This document shows positions 1 to 11,698 of a DNA stretch of 64,000 nucleotides, piece by piece (position 1 is the first letter of the stretch; each line of letters starts with the position of its first letter). Position numbers and translations under genes: made by a program. The stretch spans positions 123,566,001-123,630,000 of the forward strand of contig OX597816.1 in NCBI GenBank assembly GCA_951406725.2, in the 5' to 3' direction. The DNA comes from Octopus vulgaris (Eukaryota). Under the pieces are notes generated by a model. It was not told where the DNA came from. It saw nothing but the letters and a program-made list of their open reading frames with translations, and did not search any database.

Positions 1-375
1 GTTATTACTTAACATTAAAGCTATTGGTAATTGTTGTCAGGGGCTACTTAACTTAATAGTACAGAGCACTCTAGTCTGAGTGATTTTCTATAAGGTAGAG
101 ATCGGGATTTCCTTTGCTTCTATTATGGCATGTTGAATTAACTTGTTGGGGTATTTTTGTTTCTGAAGGAATATATTAAGTTCTGCCAGTTATTTCTCTT
201 GTCTAATGTTATATGTGACTTTTGAGCATATGCACCTTGCCATATTAAGTGATATGTTCCTTTTTGTATGGAAAGGATGGCAAGATCTAAGATCTAAATA
301 TTGGTGTGTGTCTGCTTTCTTGTAGCAGAGGTCAGTTGTAATTGTCTCATTTTCTTTAATTTTCAGAATATCCAT
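1..375 (-). mobile_element. Penelope-like element, RT C-terminal (thumb) fragment, degenerate
   Basis: ORF 190..375 reads TTDLCYKKADTHQYLDLRSCHPFHTKRNISLNMARCIC, matching the PLE TDxYxKPTDxHxYLxxxSCHPxHxKxxIP motif; it continues as LQKQKYPNKLIQHAI after a stop. Confidence 0.8.
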
Positions 376-402
376 ACATGTATTATTTTATTCTTTTTTT
401 TC

Positions 403-762
403 TTTAATTTGTTTCAGTCATTTGACTGGATCACCACCTTTAGTTGAACAAATTGACCCCTTGACTTATTCTTTGTAAGCCTAGTACTTATTCTACTGGT
501 CTATTCAGCCAAGCTGCTAAGTTACAGGGGTGTAAACACACCAACATTTGTTGTCAAGCGATGGGGTGGGGGACAAACGCAGACACACACAAACACACAC
601 ACACATACACACATGTATATGTTTCTGTCTACTAAATCCACTCACAAGGTTTTGGTCAGCCGAAGGTATAGTAGAAAACACTTGCTCAAGGTGCCACGCT
701 GTGGGACTGAACTTGGAAGCATGTGGTTGGTAAGTTAGCTACTTACGACACAGCCACTCCTA
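403..762 (-). mobile_element. tRNA-head SINE family A copy
   Basis: Reverse complement of the copy at 6841-7217 (ggagtggctgtg...cagtcaaatgactgaaacaa). Confidence 0.8.
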
Positions 763-1036
<274 letters not shown>

Positions 1037-1759
1037 AGTATTATGTATGCATATATAAATTCCCTTGATACACACATACACACCATGGGCAAGTGTCTAC
1101 TTCTATAATCTTGGGATTACTGAAGGTTTGTGAGTGAATGTGGCCGATGGAAACCATAAAGGTACCAAATGCATATGTATATAATTGTGTGTGTGTGTGT
1201 GTATGTGTGTGTATGTGTGTGTGTGTGTGTGCGTGTGTGTGTGTCTGTGTGTGTGTGCTTCCTTGCATTGATACTTATTTTGGGTGAAGATTGTAAACAA
1301 AAGTTGCCATTTATACAAAAATGTCTAAGACATGTCATTTGTCTGTAATCTTCCATACCAGCTTTGGACATTGAGTTGCAAGTTGCATATGTTTAAAGAA
1401 TTTGGAGGAATATCATTAACCTTCTTTAAAACAAGTGAGGGTTGGCAACAGAAAGAACATTCAGTTGTAGAAAATCTATCCCAATGTGTTTTCATCTGAC
1501 ACATGCAAGCCTGTAAAATTGTATCCTGAAATGATGATGATGACACACACGCACACAAACACACAAGCAAATAATGACCTTTGATCTGACCCATTCAAAC
1601 ATGAAAAAATGGACATTAAATAATGATGAGGATAATGGGGAAGACATCAGTAGTCACAGATCTTTTTCATGTCTGAAAATTTCAGTTTCCTCTTGATAAA
1701 ATGGCTCCTTTGTGTTAATAACATTGATGACTGAAATAGTCAATCATTGAATTAAATAA

Positions 1760-1929
1760 TGTGTGTGTGTGTGCATGTGTGTATATGCATGTACTTATGT
1801 ATATATGTAAATAAATATATGTGTGTGTATGTATACATATATGCATGTATGTTCTAGTTATATATATATATATGTATATGTGTGTATATATATATATGTG
1901 TATGTATGTATATATATGTATATATACAT

Positions 1930-1985
<56 letters not shown>

Positions 1986-2040
1986 ATATATATATATATA
2001 TATACACACATACACAAACACACACATATATATATATATG
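1760..2040. repeat. Compound (TG)n/(TA)n microsatellite
   Basis: Seen directly. Confidence 0.95.
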
Positions 2041-2302
2041 TTCACTAGTTATTTGATAGTTCAAACCAAACTAAATTCAGGCTATGCCAGAGCACCATCT
2101 TATGCACTGTATCATTTTGTGTTTACTATTTGCACTTCTGAAGATTGTCTTTTTGTATTTGCATGCATTTATCTCATGAATCAGTGAGGTATTGTGAATC
2201 TATCTGCTCTTTATTGACTACACATCATGAGAGAGATATATCCAATTGATATTTGAACTCTTAAAGCCATTGTCCATTTCTTAATTACTTTAATTATACA
2301 TA

Positions 2303-2460
2303 TAGGTGCATACATAACTGTATGTTTAAGAAGTTCAATTTCTAATCACATGGTTTGTGGCTCAGTTCCATTGCATGGCACCTTGGGTAATAAACTCAGG
2401 TAACCAAAGCCATGTGAACAGATTTGGTTGACAGAAACTGAAAGAAACCCATTATCAATG
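2303..2460 (+). mobile_element. SINE family A, 5' half, diverged
   Basis: cacatggttt...cagttccattgcatggcaccttggg...gatttggttgacagaaactgaaagaa matches the head of 6841-7217. Confidence 0.7.
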
Positions 2461-2654
2461 TACGTGTGCATGTATGCGTGAATATAAATGTGTGTAAGTC
2501 TGTATGTGTCTGTGAGTGTGCATTTTTGACATCACTTGATAGTTGTAAATAAATGTCACCATCTTACTTTATTTCCAGTCTTCCACATAAAATTGTCCTG
2601 TCACGGTAAAATATTACTCTTCCTTAACAACATCTAATCATCCTTTTCAATTTC

Positions 2655-2775
2655 CAGGGCCAACCTTGCCTCTCATCCTTTTGGAATCTGTAAAATAAGT
2701 ACCAGTTGAGCACTGAGACTGATGTGATTGGCTTCTTCACTCCCAGCAAATTGCAAACCAAAATTTGAAACCATT
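2655..2775 (+). mobile_element. SINE family B (MetaSINE-like central domain) fragment
   Basis: ttgcctctcatccttttggaatctgtaaaataagtaccag resembles the Meta domain found in the other copies. Confidence 0.65.
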
Positions 2776-3699
2776 ATTACCCTGATAGGAAATAAGTGAG
2801 AATTGGCAATAAGCAGGACATCCAACAATAGAGTTTTGTCTCCACAAATTCCTTCTGATCCATGCAAGCAAGAAAAAAGTAAAGTTTATATATATAAATA
2901 ACAAGGTTCCGATGGTGGAAGTTCTGTAATAAAGTGCTTTCACTGAATTATTATTCCAAGGAAGTTTCTGGCAGATAGTTGACAGAATCTATTTAGCACT
3001 TGATTTATTAAATCACATACATTAAACTTTGGATTTTTTTACCACTCAGAAATTTCATGCTTAAGTTAATGTGTCATTCTGTTTCTGATCAAAACACAAA
3101 ACTTCTTATCTTCAAATATTGTTCCTTTTTCTCTATTGTTTATATTTTCCTTACTGATGTTAATACCTAAAGGAAAAATATTTGTAGCAGGTATGTTCAT
3201 TCACAAGTTATTGTGGGGTTTAGATTTATGGGTATTATTTTCTACAGCTTGAAAACAAAGCTTTCTGCTGCAGAGAGACTTTAATAATGAAGTTTCTGTG
3301 TCTAGTACCTTGATTGCTTAGAGCACCAAAGCTTGAAATACTTGGGCAGTATTGAGAAATATGTATTCTTGGAAATAGGAATTCTCAAATACCAGACTGA
3401 TTAATGTTTAGTATTGAAGTCTTTGAAGTATTTTCCCTTTGGACTATTCAGGAGTTTATATTGCATACATGTTGTATCATTGAGCAGGGAATGCATATGT
3501 GAGTGTGTGTTATATACACACATACACACACACATGTTTGTATACAAGCTTATACACATATATTCAATTACATAACATATATATGTGAGTGTGTGTATAT
3601 ACACACACACATATACACACACATATATGTATATATACATACACACATATATGTATTTATATGTATGTATGTGGATATATATGTGTATGTGTGTATGTA

Positions 3700-5210
3700 A
3701 TTATCATAATCATCATCTTCATCATCATCATCATTTAATGTCTGTTTTCCTTGCTGGCATGTGTTGGATGGTTGGTTTCACAGGAGCTGGTAGGGCTGGG
3801 AGTTATTTTGGCATGGTTTCTATGACAGGATGCCCTTTTTAACACCAACCACTTAATGGAGCAGAGTAGGTTCTTTTGATGTGGTACCAGCAACGGTGTA
3901 TTTTGCATGGCACCAGTACTGACAGTCACAAAATACCTTGCAGAACAAAAAGCCCATCAGCTTGGTGTGTGGAATAGTATTGATGGGGGTGACATTGTGC
4001 AAGTTGATGAGAGATTAAAGGTATAGAGGGACAGGGATGGATCTCTCGCCATAGAGCAGATACGTGGAGGTTCCAGCTGGAAAAGAAAGGAGGGTGAGTT
4101 AGAGCATGTAATAAAGAGATGGTTGCAAAGATATGTTGGAACATGCCCTTAGGGAACAGGCGGGGTGGAATAAGTGAAAGGATACAGATGTTTGCACTGG
4201 GTGAATGGACAGGATTGAACTAACTGTGGCACATGATGGAGTGAAATATAAGAGTGGCACAGAGATAGGGGTTGCAGTAGATATGCAAAGGCATTGAGGA
4301 TGATAGCAGAAAAGTGAGGTGTTAACCACGTAAGGGAAAGAAGGCACAGAAAGGAGGTGATTGGTGGAGACAGAAGGTGAAAGATGATAATGGGAAATGG
4401 AAATAGTTCAAAGTGGGAGAAGGAAGGTAACTGAAAACGTTGTGGGGGCTGATGGATGTAGAATGTACCTAACATGACCGTTGAAGTTGTTAGCTACAGT
4501 ATTATGGTCATTGTCCATCATTGTAGAGGCAATTTACTGAAGGAGCTCTTAGAAACAGTTGTTCTGTTCATTTGCTAGTCTAGCATGTGGAGTGCATGCA
4601 GAGATAAATGCCACTGTTACGTTATAGAAGACCATTCTTAACTTGATAATCCTATCACATACTCTGACTATCTTGATCATCTTATCTGCCCACTTCTCTG
4701 TGAAAAGTATACTTATATCACCAACCACAACACTATTCACTATTCAGAAGAATTTATATCTACTTTCCTTACCCACAAGCAGTCTAATTGAGGTTCCTTG
4801 CCATCATGCATCTTGCACACTGCAAACATCTACATGCTCAAGCATTTCAACAATCCCACCAGACCTACTTTTTATATTGCCAACCTTGATTGTGGCCGAT
4901 ATAAGCTTGTGGACTTCAAGAGAATGAGAGATCATGCAGGAGATTGTATTTGACATTTGTGAAGAAGAAAAAGAGTACATTTGGGGACACTTGCCTTGAG
5001 TTGGTGGACTCTTGCACATGTCAGTGAGAGCAGGTATAGGTGTGTATGTAAATGCTACTCAATTTTTATAGTCTCCCTCCAATCTCATTAAACATCATCA
5101 GCGGCAAGGCCCAGCAAACGAAGGGGAATGGGGCAGATGTGGGTAGGTCAGAGGTAAGGCACCAGTCAACTTCTAGGGATATTAAAAGTAGGTGTACCCT
5201 TTAAATGCTT
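3700..5210 (-). mobile_element. Internally deleted RTE-clade LINE derivative (APE endonuclease remnant, (ATG)n tail)
   Basis: ORFs 4549..4740 (SILFTEKWADKMIKIVRVCDRIIKLRMV...ISACTP) and 4804..5019 (ATIKVGNIKSRSGGIVEMLEHVDVCSVQ) are RTE-type APE. The 3' end with (CAT)n lies at ~3700-3740. Confidence 0.7.
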
Positions 5211-5592
5211 TCTCATATATGTATATATACATACATTAAATGCATATACATGTGCAAAGGCATGAAAGCATATATTTATATATGTAATCATAAATATATG
5301 TAAGCTATCATAGGTGCTTAAGGCATAAATCTGTATGTATTGTTATGGAGATGTCCATGCAAACTCATTCACAAACACATTCTTTTAAGCACTTTATATT
5401 CACACATATGTATGCATGCACATATCTGACATTGATAAGAGTGGAGTACGGTGGGTAGTTGGAAGTGTAAGGGGAAATAGCTTTGGTGGCTGCTCATGTG
5501 ACTTAGCTTCAATAAGCTCCCAAACATGTGGATTCATCTAGTGGGGAATTTATGAAACTGTTTACACAAACGAGAATTCAAATAAACTTCAT

Positions 5593-5727
5593 TACCACCA
5601 CCACCACCACAACCACCACCACCACCACCACCACCACTACGACAACGACGACGACCACCACCACCACTACGACGACCACCACCACCACCACCACTGCCGC
5701 CACTGCTACTGCTGCTGCTGCTACTAC

Positions 5728-5765
<38 letters not shown>

Positions 5766-5846
5766 TTATGACTATGACGCCAATGACAATGACAATGATG
5801 ACGACGATAGTGATGACAATGACAACAATGGCAATAACAATGATGC
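5593..5846. repeat. Compound trinucleotide repeat (ACC/ACG/GCT/ACT/ATG)n
   Basis: Seen directly; gives the poly-T/V/S/G ORFs. Confidence 0.95.
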
Positions 5847-5852
5847 TGAATA

Positions 5853-6070
5853 GTATTAGCTTCAAATTTTGGCACAAGGCCAGCAATGTCATGAGGGGTT
5901 GGGGCTAAATCAATTAAATCAACCCCAATGTCCAATGAGTACTTATTTTATCGACCCTGAAAGGATGAAAGGCAATGTCAGCTTCGGTGGAATTTGAACT
6001 CAGAACATAAAGACGGACGAAATGCCTCTAAGCATCTTGCCCAGAATGCTAATGATTCTACGAACTCATG
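5853..6070 (-). mobile_element. SINE family B (MetaSINE-like)
   Basis: acttattttatcgaccctgaaaggatgaaaggca is the reverse Meta domain; tRNA-like head gaatttgaactcagaac. Confidence 0.8.
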
Positions 6071-6169
6071 CTAATATTCATTGGCATAGCATCTGTTGGG
6101 ATGAGGAGAAGTTGACTAGGAGGTGAAAATAAATGTTAATGAAAATACATATTCACAAATATTCCTTGC

Positions 6170-6212
<43 letters not shown>
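6170..6212. repeat. (TAA)n microsatellite
   Basis: Seen directly. Confidence 0.95.
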
Positions 6213-6214
<2 letters not shown>

Positions 6215-6312
6215 GCAATCTTAATATAAAAAAATAACAGAATCATTTGAATTTTCCTTCAATAAAACTGATAAAAATGAAGGGAGAGAATAAAATGATT
6301 AGATAATTTACA

Positions 6313-6538
6313 TCTTATTTCTTGATTGCCCACAAGGGGTTAAACATAGAGGGGACAAACAAGGACAGACAAAGGGATTAATTTGATTACATCAACCCCA
6401 GTGCGTAACTGGTACTTAATTTTATCGACCCCGAAAGGATGAAAGGCAAAGTTGACCTCAGCGGAATTTGAACTCAGAATGTAATGACAGACGAAATACT
6501 GCTAAGCATTTCACCCAACATGCTAATGCTTCTGCCAG
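6313..6538 (-). mobile_element. SINE family B (MetaSINE-like), different 3' tail from 5853-6070
   Basis: ctggtacttaattttatcgaccccgaaaggatgaaaggcaaagttgacctcagcggaatttgaactcag. Confidence 0.8.
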
Positions 6539-6840
6539 GAGAAAGAGAAATTCATAAGTGACTTGTCTCAGAACACGGAGATCAGAGAAGGAAAAAATTT
6601 CAGCTCTCACCTTCACATGCTTGCAGGTTTATTTGAAGGTGGCTGCCCATGAGTCTTAGCTTAAATAAGCTCCCATCTAGCATTGATCCCTCACAGGTGG
6701 GATACTGAATATCTTGTTTAGGTGTATCCATCGATGTAGATGTGTCTCCTCAGGGGAACATGCTTTACCAGTAAACTACCAGGTTTATACCATACAATTT
6801 ATTAACTAATAATAACAATAACAATAACAATAATAATTTA

Positions 6841-7217
6841 TAGGCACAGGAGTGGCTGTGTGGTAAAAAGCTTGCTTTCCAACCACATGGTTTCAGGTTC
6901 AGTCCAACTGCATGGCAACTTGGGCAAAAGTCTTCTACTATAGCCTCGGACCAACTAAAGCCTGAAAGAAGTGTATATATATATATACACACACACACGT
7001 ATGTATATGTTTGTGTGTCTGTGTTTGTCACTCCACCATTGCTTGACAACTGATGTTGGTGTGTTTACGTGCCTATAGCTTAGCAGTTTGGCAAAAGAGA
7101 CTGATAGAATATGTACTAGGCTTACAAAGAAAAAGTCCTGGGGTTGATTTGTTTGACTAAGGCAGTGCTCCAGTATGGCTGCAGTCAAATGACTGAAACA
7201 AGTAAAAGAATAAAAGT
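6841..7217 (+). mobile_element. tRNA-head SINE family A, near full length
   Basis: A/B-box-like head (tggctgtgtggt...ggttcagtcc), cttgggcaa core, internal (TA)/(TG) tract and aaaagaata tail; about 10 copies in the window. Confidence 0.85.
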
Positions 7218-7924
7218 ATATATATATATATGAAACTGTACCTTTCTATGTTGCATACTTGTGTTTGCTCAAATGTGAAAGGCTCTTGCTACAATAACTA
7301 TTGTATTACAGAAGATATTCCCTTTATAGATATATACTCAATGAAGAGAATAATCTTTTCTGAGACAATTACTACTACAGTGAAAGTTTTCCCCACAGCA
7401 GACTGTACATGAGCATGATGAATATAAACGTATGCATCTTTATTTTAATCATTGCTGCTTTGTATGCTCAAGTTAATTAATCCTGGCATGACAAAATTAA
7501 GATTTAACACACACTAGCAAATGCCTGTTTTGTTGTTACATATAAGGCAACTGTCCTTACTGGGCTGTGAATGAGGGCCTGTAACTGATAAAGCATAACC
7601 ACTCAGAAACAAGTGTATTAGAGTCTGATGACATTATTCAGGGCCCAGTTAGATGAATATTTACACACAGCTTATAGGGAGAATATCTTGCCATAACATA
7701 ACTTTGACTGAAGCAAGTGTCATTCCATATTTGAGTGTACAGTAGTGTGCTAAATATAAAGGTACACTACTTTATTTCAATCATCCCTGCTTCGTGTATA
7801 TGTGTGCATGTGTGAGTGGTTGTATATGCATGTGAATGTACACAGGGAGAGAGAAAGAGAAAGAAAGAATGAAATATGGGAGAACAAATGAAAAAAATGA
7901 GGAAAACAGAAACAAGGAGTCAAA

Positions 7925-8350
7925 TTATCATCATCATCATTATCATTATCATCATCATCGTCATCGTTGTTTAGCGTCCATCTTCCATGCATGCATGGGT
8001 ACGATGGCTCATTGTACCCATGTACGATGATGCATGGGTACGATGGCCAGGTAGAAAATCTACCCTATGCTATTCTGTCTGCTTTGGCAGGGGTTTTACA
8101 GCGAGATGCCCTTCCTAACACCAACCAGTCTGTAGAGTGGACTCAGCACTTTTTATGTAGCACTAGCACAGGCAAGGTTAGTTTTGGCATGATTTTTGCC
8201 AAATGTCAACCACTTTACAGTGTGGACTGGATGCTTTTAAAATGGCACCAGCACTGGCAAGGTCACCAAGTAACTCACATGACAAAGAATTAGGAGAGGG
8301 GCAGGGGCATTTGAGGAGGGGAACTCCTGTCAGAAGATGAAAGGTTAGAG
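7925..8350 (-). mobile_element. RTE-tail non-autonomous retroelement with (ATG)n tail
   Basis: (cat)n-gtttagcgtcca...gatgcccttcctaacaccaacc is shared with 16637, 37425, 42795 and 49897. Confidence 0.7.
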
Positions 8351-8381
8351 GATGACAATATATATATATATATATATGCAT

Positions 8382-8472
<91 letters not shown>

Positions 8473-8788
8473 AGGAAGGCTGTGAGGACAGAATGTGTGT
8501 AAATATATATTTATTACTGTGGATTACAGACAGAAGCAGCACTTATAAATTTGTTTACAAAATGTTCTCATATATATATATGGGTGTGTGCATGGGTGTA
8601 TGCATATGAATATATGCATTTATTTTTGCACACACACACACAGGAACATATCTTTATATGTCTTCAAACTTATGTGACTGGTCACTCTGAGTTATTTCTC
8701 TTCACTCATTTTTGTTTTAATTATGTAAATTTCCGTAGATTATAAATGTTTTTTTTCTTTTGTCTGCTGGAGTCATGATAGTACACCT

Positions 8789-8833
8789 GCTGTGCTGATG
8801 ATAATTATTTAGGCTGAAACACATGTACACAGC
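8789..8833 (+). ncRNA. Type I hammerhead ribozyme motif (stem II decayed)
   Basis: gctgtg-CTGATGA-taattatttaggct-GAAAC-acat-GTA-cacagc; perfect 6-bp stem I and canonical core. Confidence 0.7.
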
Positions 8834-9791
8834 TGTCCTCCTGTCTCAACAGACTAACTTTTCATTAATAGCATTTTGGAGAATACCTGTTTTATGGCAT
8901 TAATACTTGTGGAGAATACTCTTTATGGAGAATACTTGTTTCTTGAAATTATCTCAATTTCTCACGTGTTGGTCCCAGTTGCCACAAATCAAGGATTCTA
9001 CACAATTAGAGATAGTTTCAATAAATCAAAAATTTATCTTTTAGGTTTTTTTAATGTAGTTTTATCCATTTTTGTTGTTCAAATATTGACCACTCCTCAG
9101 AGCTATTTCTTTTAGCCCAACCTCATTTTAAACACAGATACAAACACACACGCATACACACACACATGCCATGCACACATACATGTGCCCTCCCATACAA
9201 ATACATATATACACATAGATGCACATATGCCCACACAAACACATATATTACATACACACACGCCTACATATACACACGCATACACACACATACACACACA
9301 TGCCCTCACATACACATTTATACACATAAACCAACACATGTGCCCCCTTCACACACACACACATATCTTATAACTTCCAAAGCTCTAGTGATATGTTGGG
9401 CTATATTTTAGAAGTAGGAGGATGGGTTTGTATGGGGTTGGTGTGAGTGAAACACAGCTGAAGAGAGAGAGAAAAGAAAGGAGTCGATAGAGGAACATTG
9501 ATATTGACAAGCATTCATAGGGGGATAGTAAAGATGATAAAACTTGCATAGCCAATGGATGCTAAATACATGAAACATGTTCTTCCCCCACTCTCTCTCA
9601 TGCACACATACACACACACACATACACACATACATGCACACATACTCACATATTCACACACATGCCCACCAATAAACACAAGGATAAACTTTATAAGCAG
9701 TTGGCCAGAGAAGGTAAGGAAGCAGGAGATGCACATAGGCTAAAATTTGTTTACGTGCATGTCTGTGTAAATATAAATGTGTGCAAGTCTG

Positions 9792-9792
<1 letters not shown>

Positions 9793-9858
<66 letters not shown>

Positions 9859-9879
9859 CTCCCGCTGTCTGTCTATTTA

Positions 9880-9922
<43 letters not shown>
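9793..9922. repeat. (CTAT)n followed by (CT)n; 5' flank of the Tx1 element
   Basis: Seen directly. Confidence 0.95.
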
Positions 9923-9925
<3 letters not shown>

Positions 9926-9994
9926 CGGTTGTGTTATTCTTTGCTCCGCAGTGAAAGATTGTTTTTGTGCTGAAAAGTTTGAAAATTTGCTGTT

Positions 9995-11389
9995 TTGGTC
10001 GTCGAGGCCACTTCTTTTCTGCTATTGCAGCAGAGTTCTGCTGTTTTTTCCCCCTTGTTTCAAGGGGGAAGTGACGAAAAAGACATGAATTTGCAACCAG
10101 TCTCCTCCGAGTCGGAGGAAAACGTTGAAAATTTGTTTGAAGGCATGAAGGCGAAAATGCGGGAGGAGGAAGGTAGAAGTAAAGAGACGTCTCACGCGAG
10201 CGTCACAAAAGCAGACGACAATATGTCTGGCGAAGTTAGTAAACGACAAGAAAAGGCAAAAATAAATTTTGCGAGTGCAGCAACTCGCCCCTGTGAAAAT
10301 ATAGTCATCAACAAGGAAGAATTAAAGAAATACCAAGGACTACTAAAAAAAGAAGGTGATAATGTGAAGTTGTTCCCTCCCAGTGAATTGATTTACGCGA
10401 CGGAGAGAAAAACTGTCATATACAAGACGTATAATGTAAAAAATAAGAAAATTGACTTCGTACAGAGAGAAGCCATTGAAAAATGTTTGAGGCCGATATG
10501 GCAACAAACAAGTTATATAACAAGGGGTAGTCGCTTCGGCACGGTAGAGGTGCATTTCCCTAGCGAAGAAATAGCTAGGGAACATTCAACAAGAACGTTG
10601 AAGTCGGAAGAGGTAGTTCTTTTACCATTTTATTTAGGAATGAGAACTAGTAGAATAACGGTTATGGACATTCCGCCCGAAATCGAGGTGGATTTTATAA
10701 CAGCAGCGATTCTCTTAGGCAAAGAGGAAGAAATTGCCATTCTTCAGTCTAAAAGATATCGCCCCACAACCTGGTATGGACAGGACTTAGAGCTTGTGAT
10801 CCAAGCGAACCCCTCGGACTTGGAAAAATTGCCAAGCTCCCTCACCATTGGAGATACCACCTTGATGGTAATAGTCGAGAGAAGAAAACCGAGATGCTAT
10901 AAATGTGGCGAGAAAGGCCACATACGGTCGAGCTGCAAGAAGACAGCGAAAGAAAATACTACAGAGGCAAGCACGACGCCGAAAACAACTTCACTGCTAG
11001 AAATAGCAGCCACGTCGCGCACCCCAATTGCCGAAATTCAGCCGACAACGGGAGAAAACAACGACAAAAACGATGACAACAACATCAACAACATCCAGGA
11101 GTGGGTCAACGTGGAAGCTTCAAAAAGAAGACGGAAACGGAAAAATCCACCCTCTTCGGATACACAGGACTATACTCTGACACAGACAAGCACACCCACA
11201 CCCACAAATACAGTCGCAAACACACACGTAGCCAAAAAAACACACACACTGGAAAAAGCATACACAAACACTCACACACCTACAGACACCCACGCTTCTA
11301 CAAGCACACACACACCCACAAACACACACACACAGCCCCCTCCACAATCACCTAACAAAAAAAAGAAACACCTTCACGGCGATAAATAA
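9995..11389 (+). CDS. Tx1 ORF1 nucleic-acid-binding protein with zinc knuckle (first ATG at 10085)
   Basis: 464-codon ORF; CYKCGEKGHIRSSC CCHC knuckle; upstream of APE-RT ORF2. Confidence 0.85.
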   Translation: MVVEATSFLLLQQSSAVFSPLFQGGSDEKDMNLQPVSSESEENVENLFEGMKAKMREEEGRSKETSHASVTKADDNMSGEVSKRQEKAKINFASAATRPCENIVINKEELKKYQGLLKKEGDNVKLFPPSELIYATERKTVIYKTYNVKNKKIDFVQREAIEKCLRPIWQQTSYITRGSRFGTVEVHFPSEEIAREHSTRTLKSEEVVLLPFYLGMRTSRITVMDIPPEIEVDFITAAILLGKEEEIAILQSKRYRPTTWYGQDLELVIQANPSDLEKLPSSLTIGDTTLMVIVERRKPRCYKCGEKGHIRSSCKKTAKENTTEASTTPKTTSLLEIAATSRTPIAEIQPTTGENNDKNDDNNINNIQEWVNVEASKRRRKRKNPPSSDTQDYTLTQTSTPTPTNTVANTHVAKKTHTLEKAYTNTHTPTDTHASTSTHTPTNTHTQPPPQSPNKKKKHLHGDK

Positions 11390-11698
11390 AAACAATAACC
11401 CATTAAGGGAAAAAAATTAATTTACTGAAATCGGCGAAAAAATATATCGCAACAGATATAAATAGTATTATATCCGAAAATGTAGAATTTTATACGATAG
11501 ATAACGAGGATTATTTTGAAATTAAAAAATCTTTTGCGGAGGACGTAGGCCCGTTACAGATGAACTTTTCAAGCCATCTGTACAAGCAATTCGCAAAAAA
11601 ACTAACCTCGCAAAACACAACACTCACAGACAGAAAAGATGAGGGTGAAACTACACCCTCTCTTCCGTTAAAACAGTAAGTTTTAAACATTCAACTAA

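Noticed and set aside
5528-5935. Poly-Thr mucin-like and poly-Ser/Gly ORFs
   Set aside because: Trinucleotide repeat at a SINE tail, open in several frames on both strands
6841-6915. tRNA-like A/B boxes here and at 35838 and 63007
   Set aside because: SINE heads, not cloverleaf-forming tRNA genes
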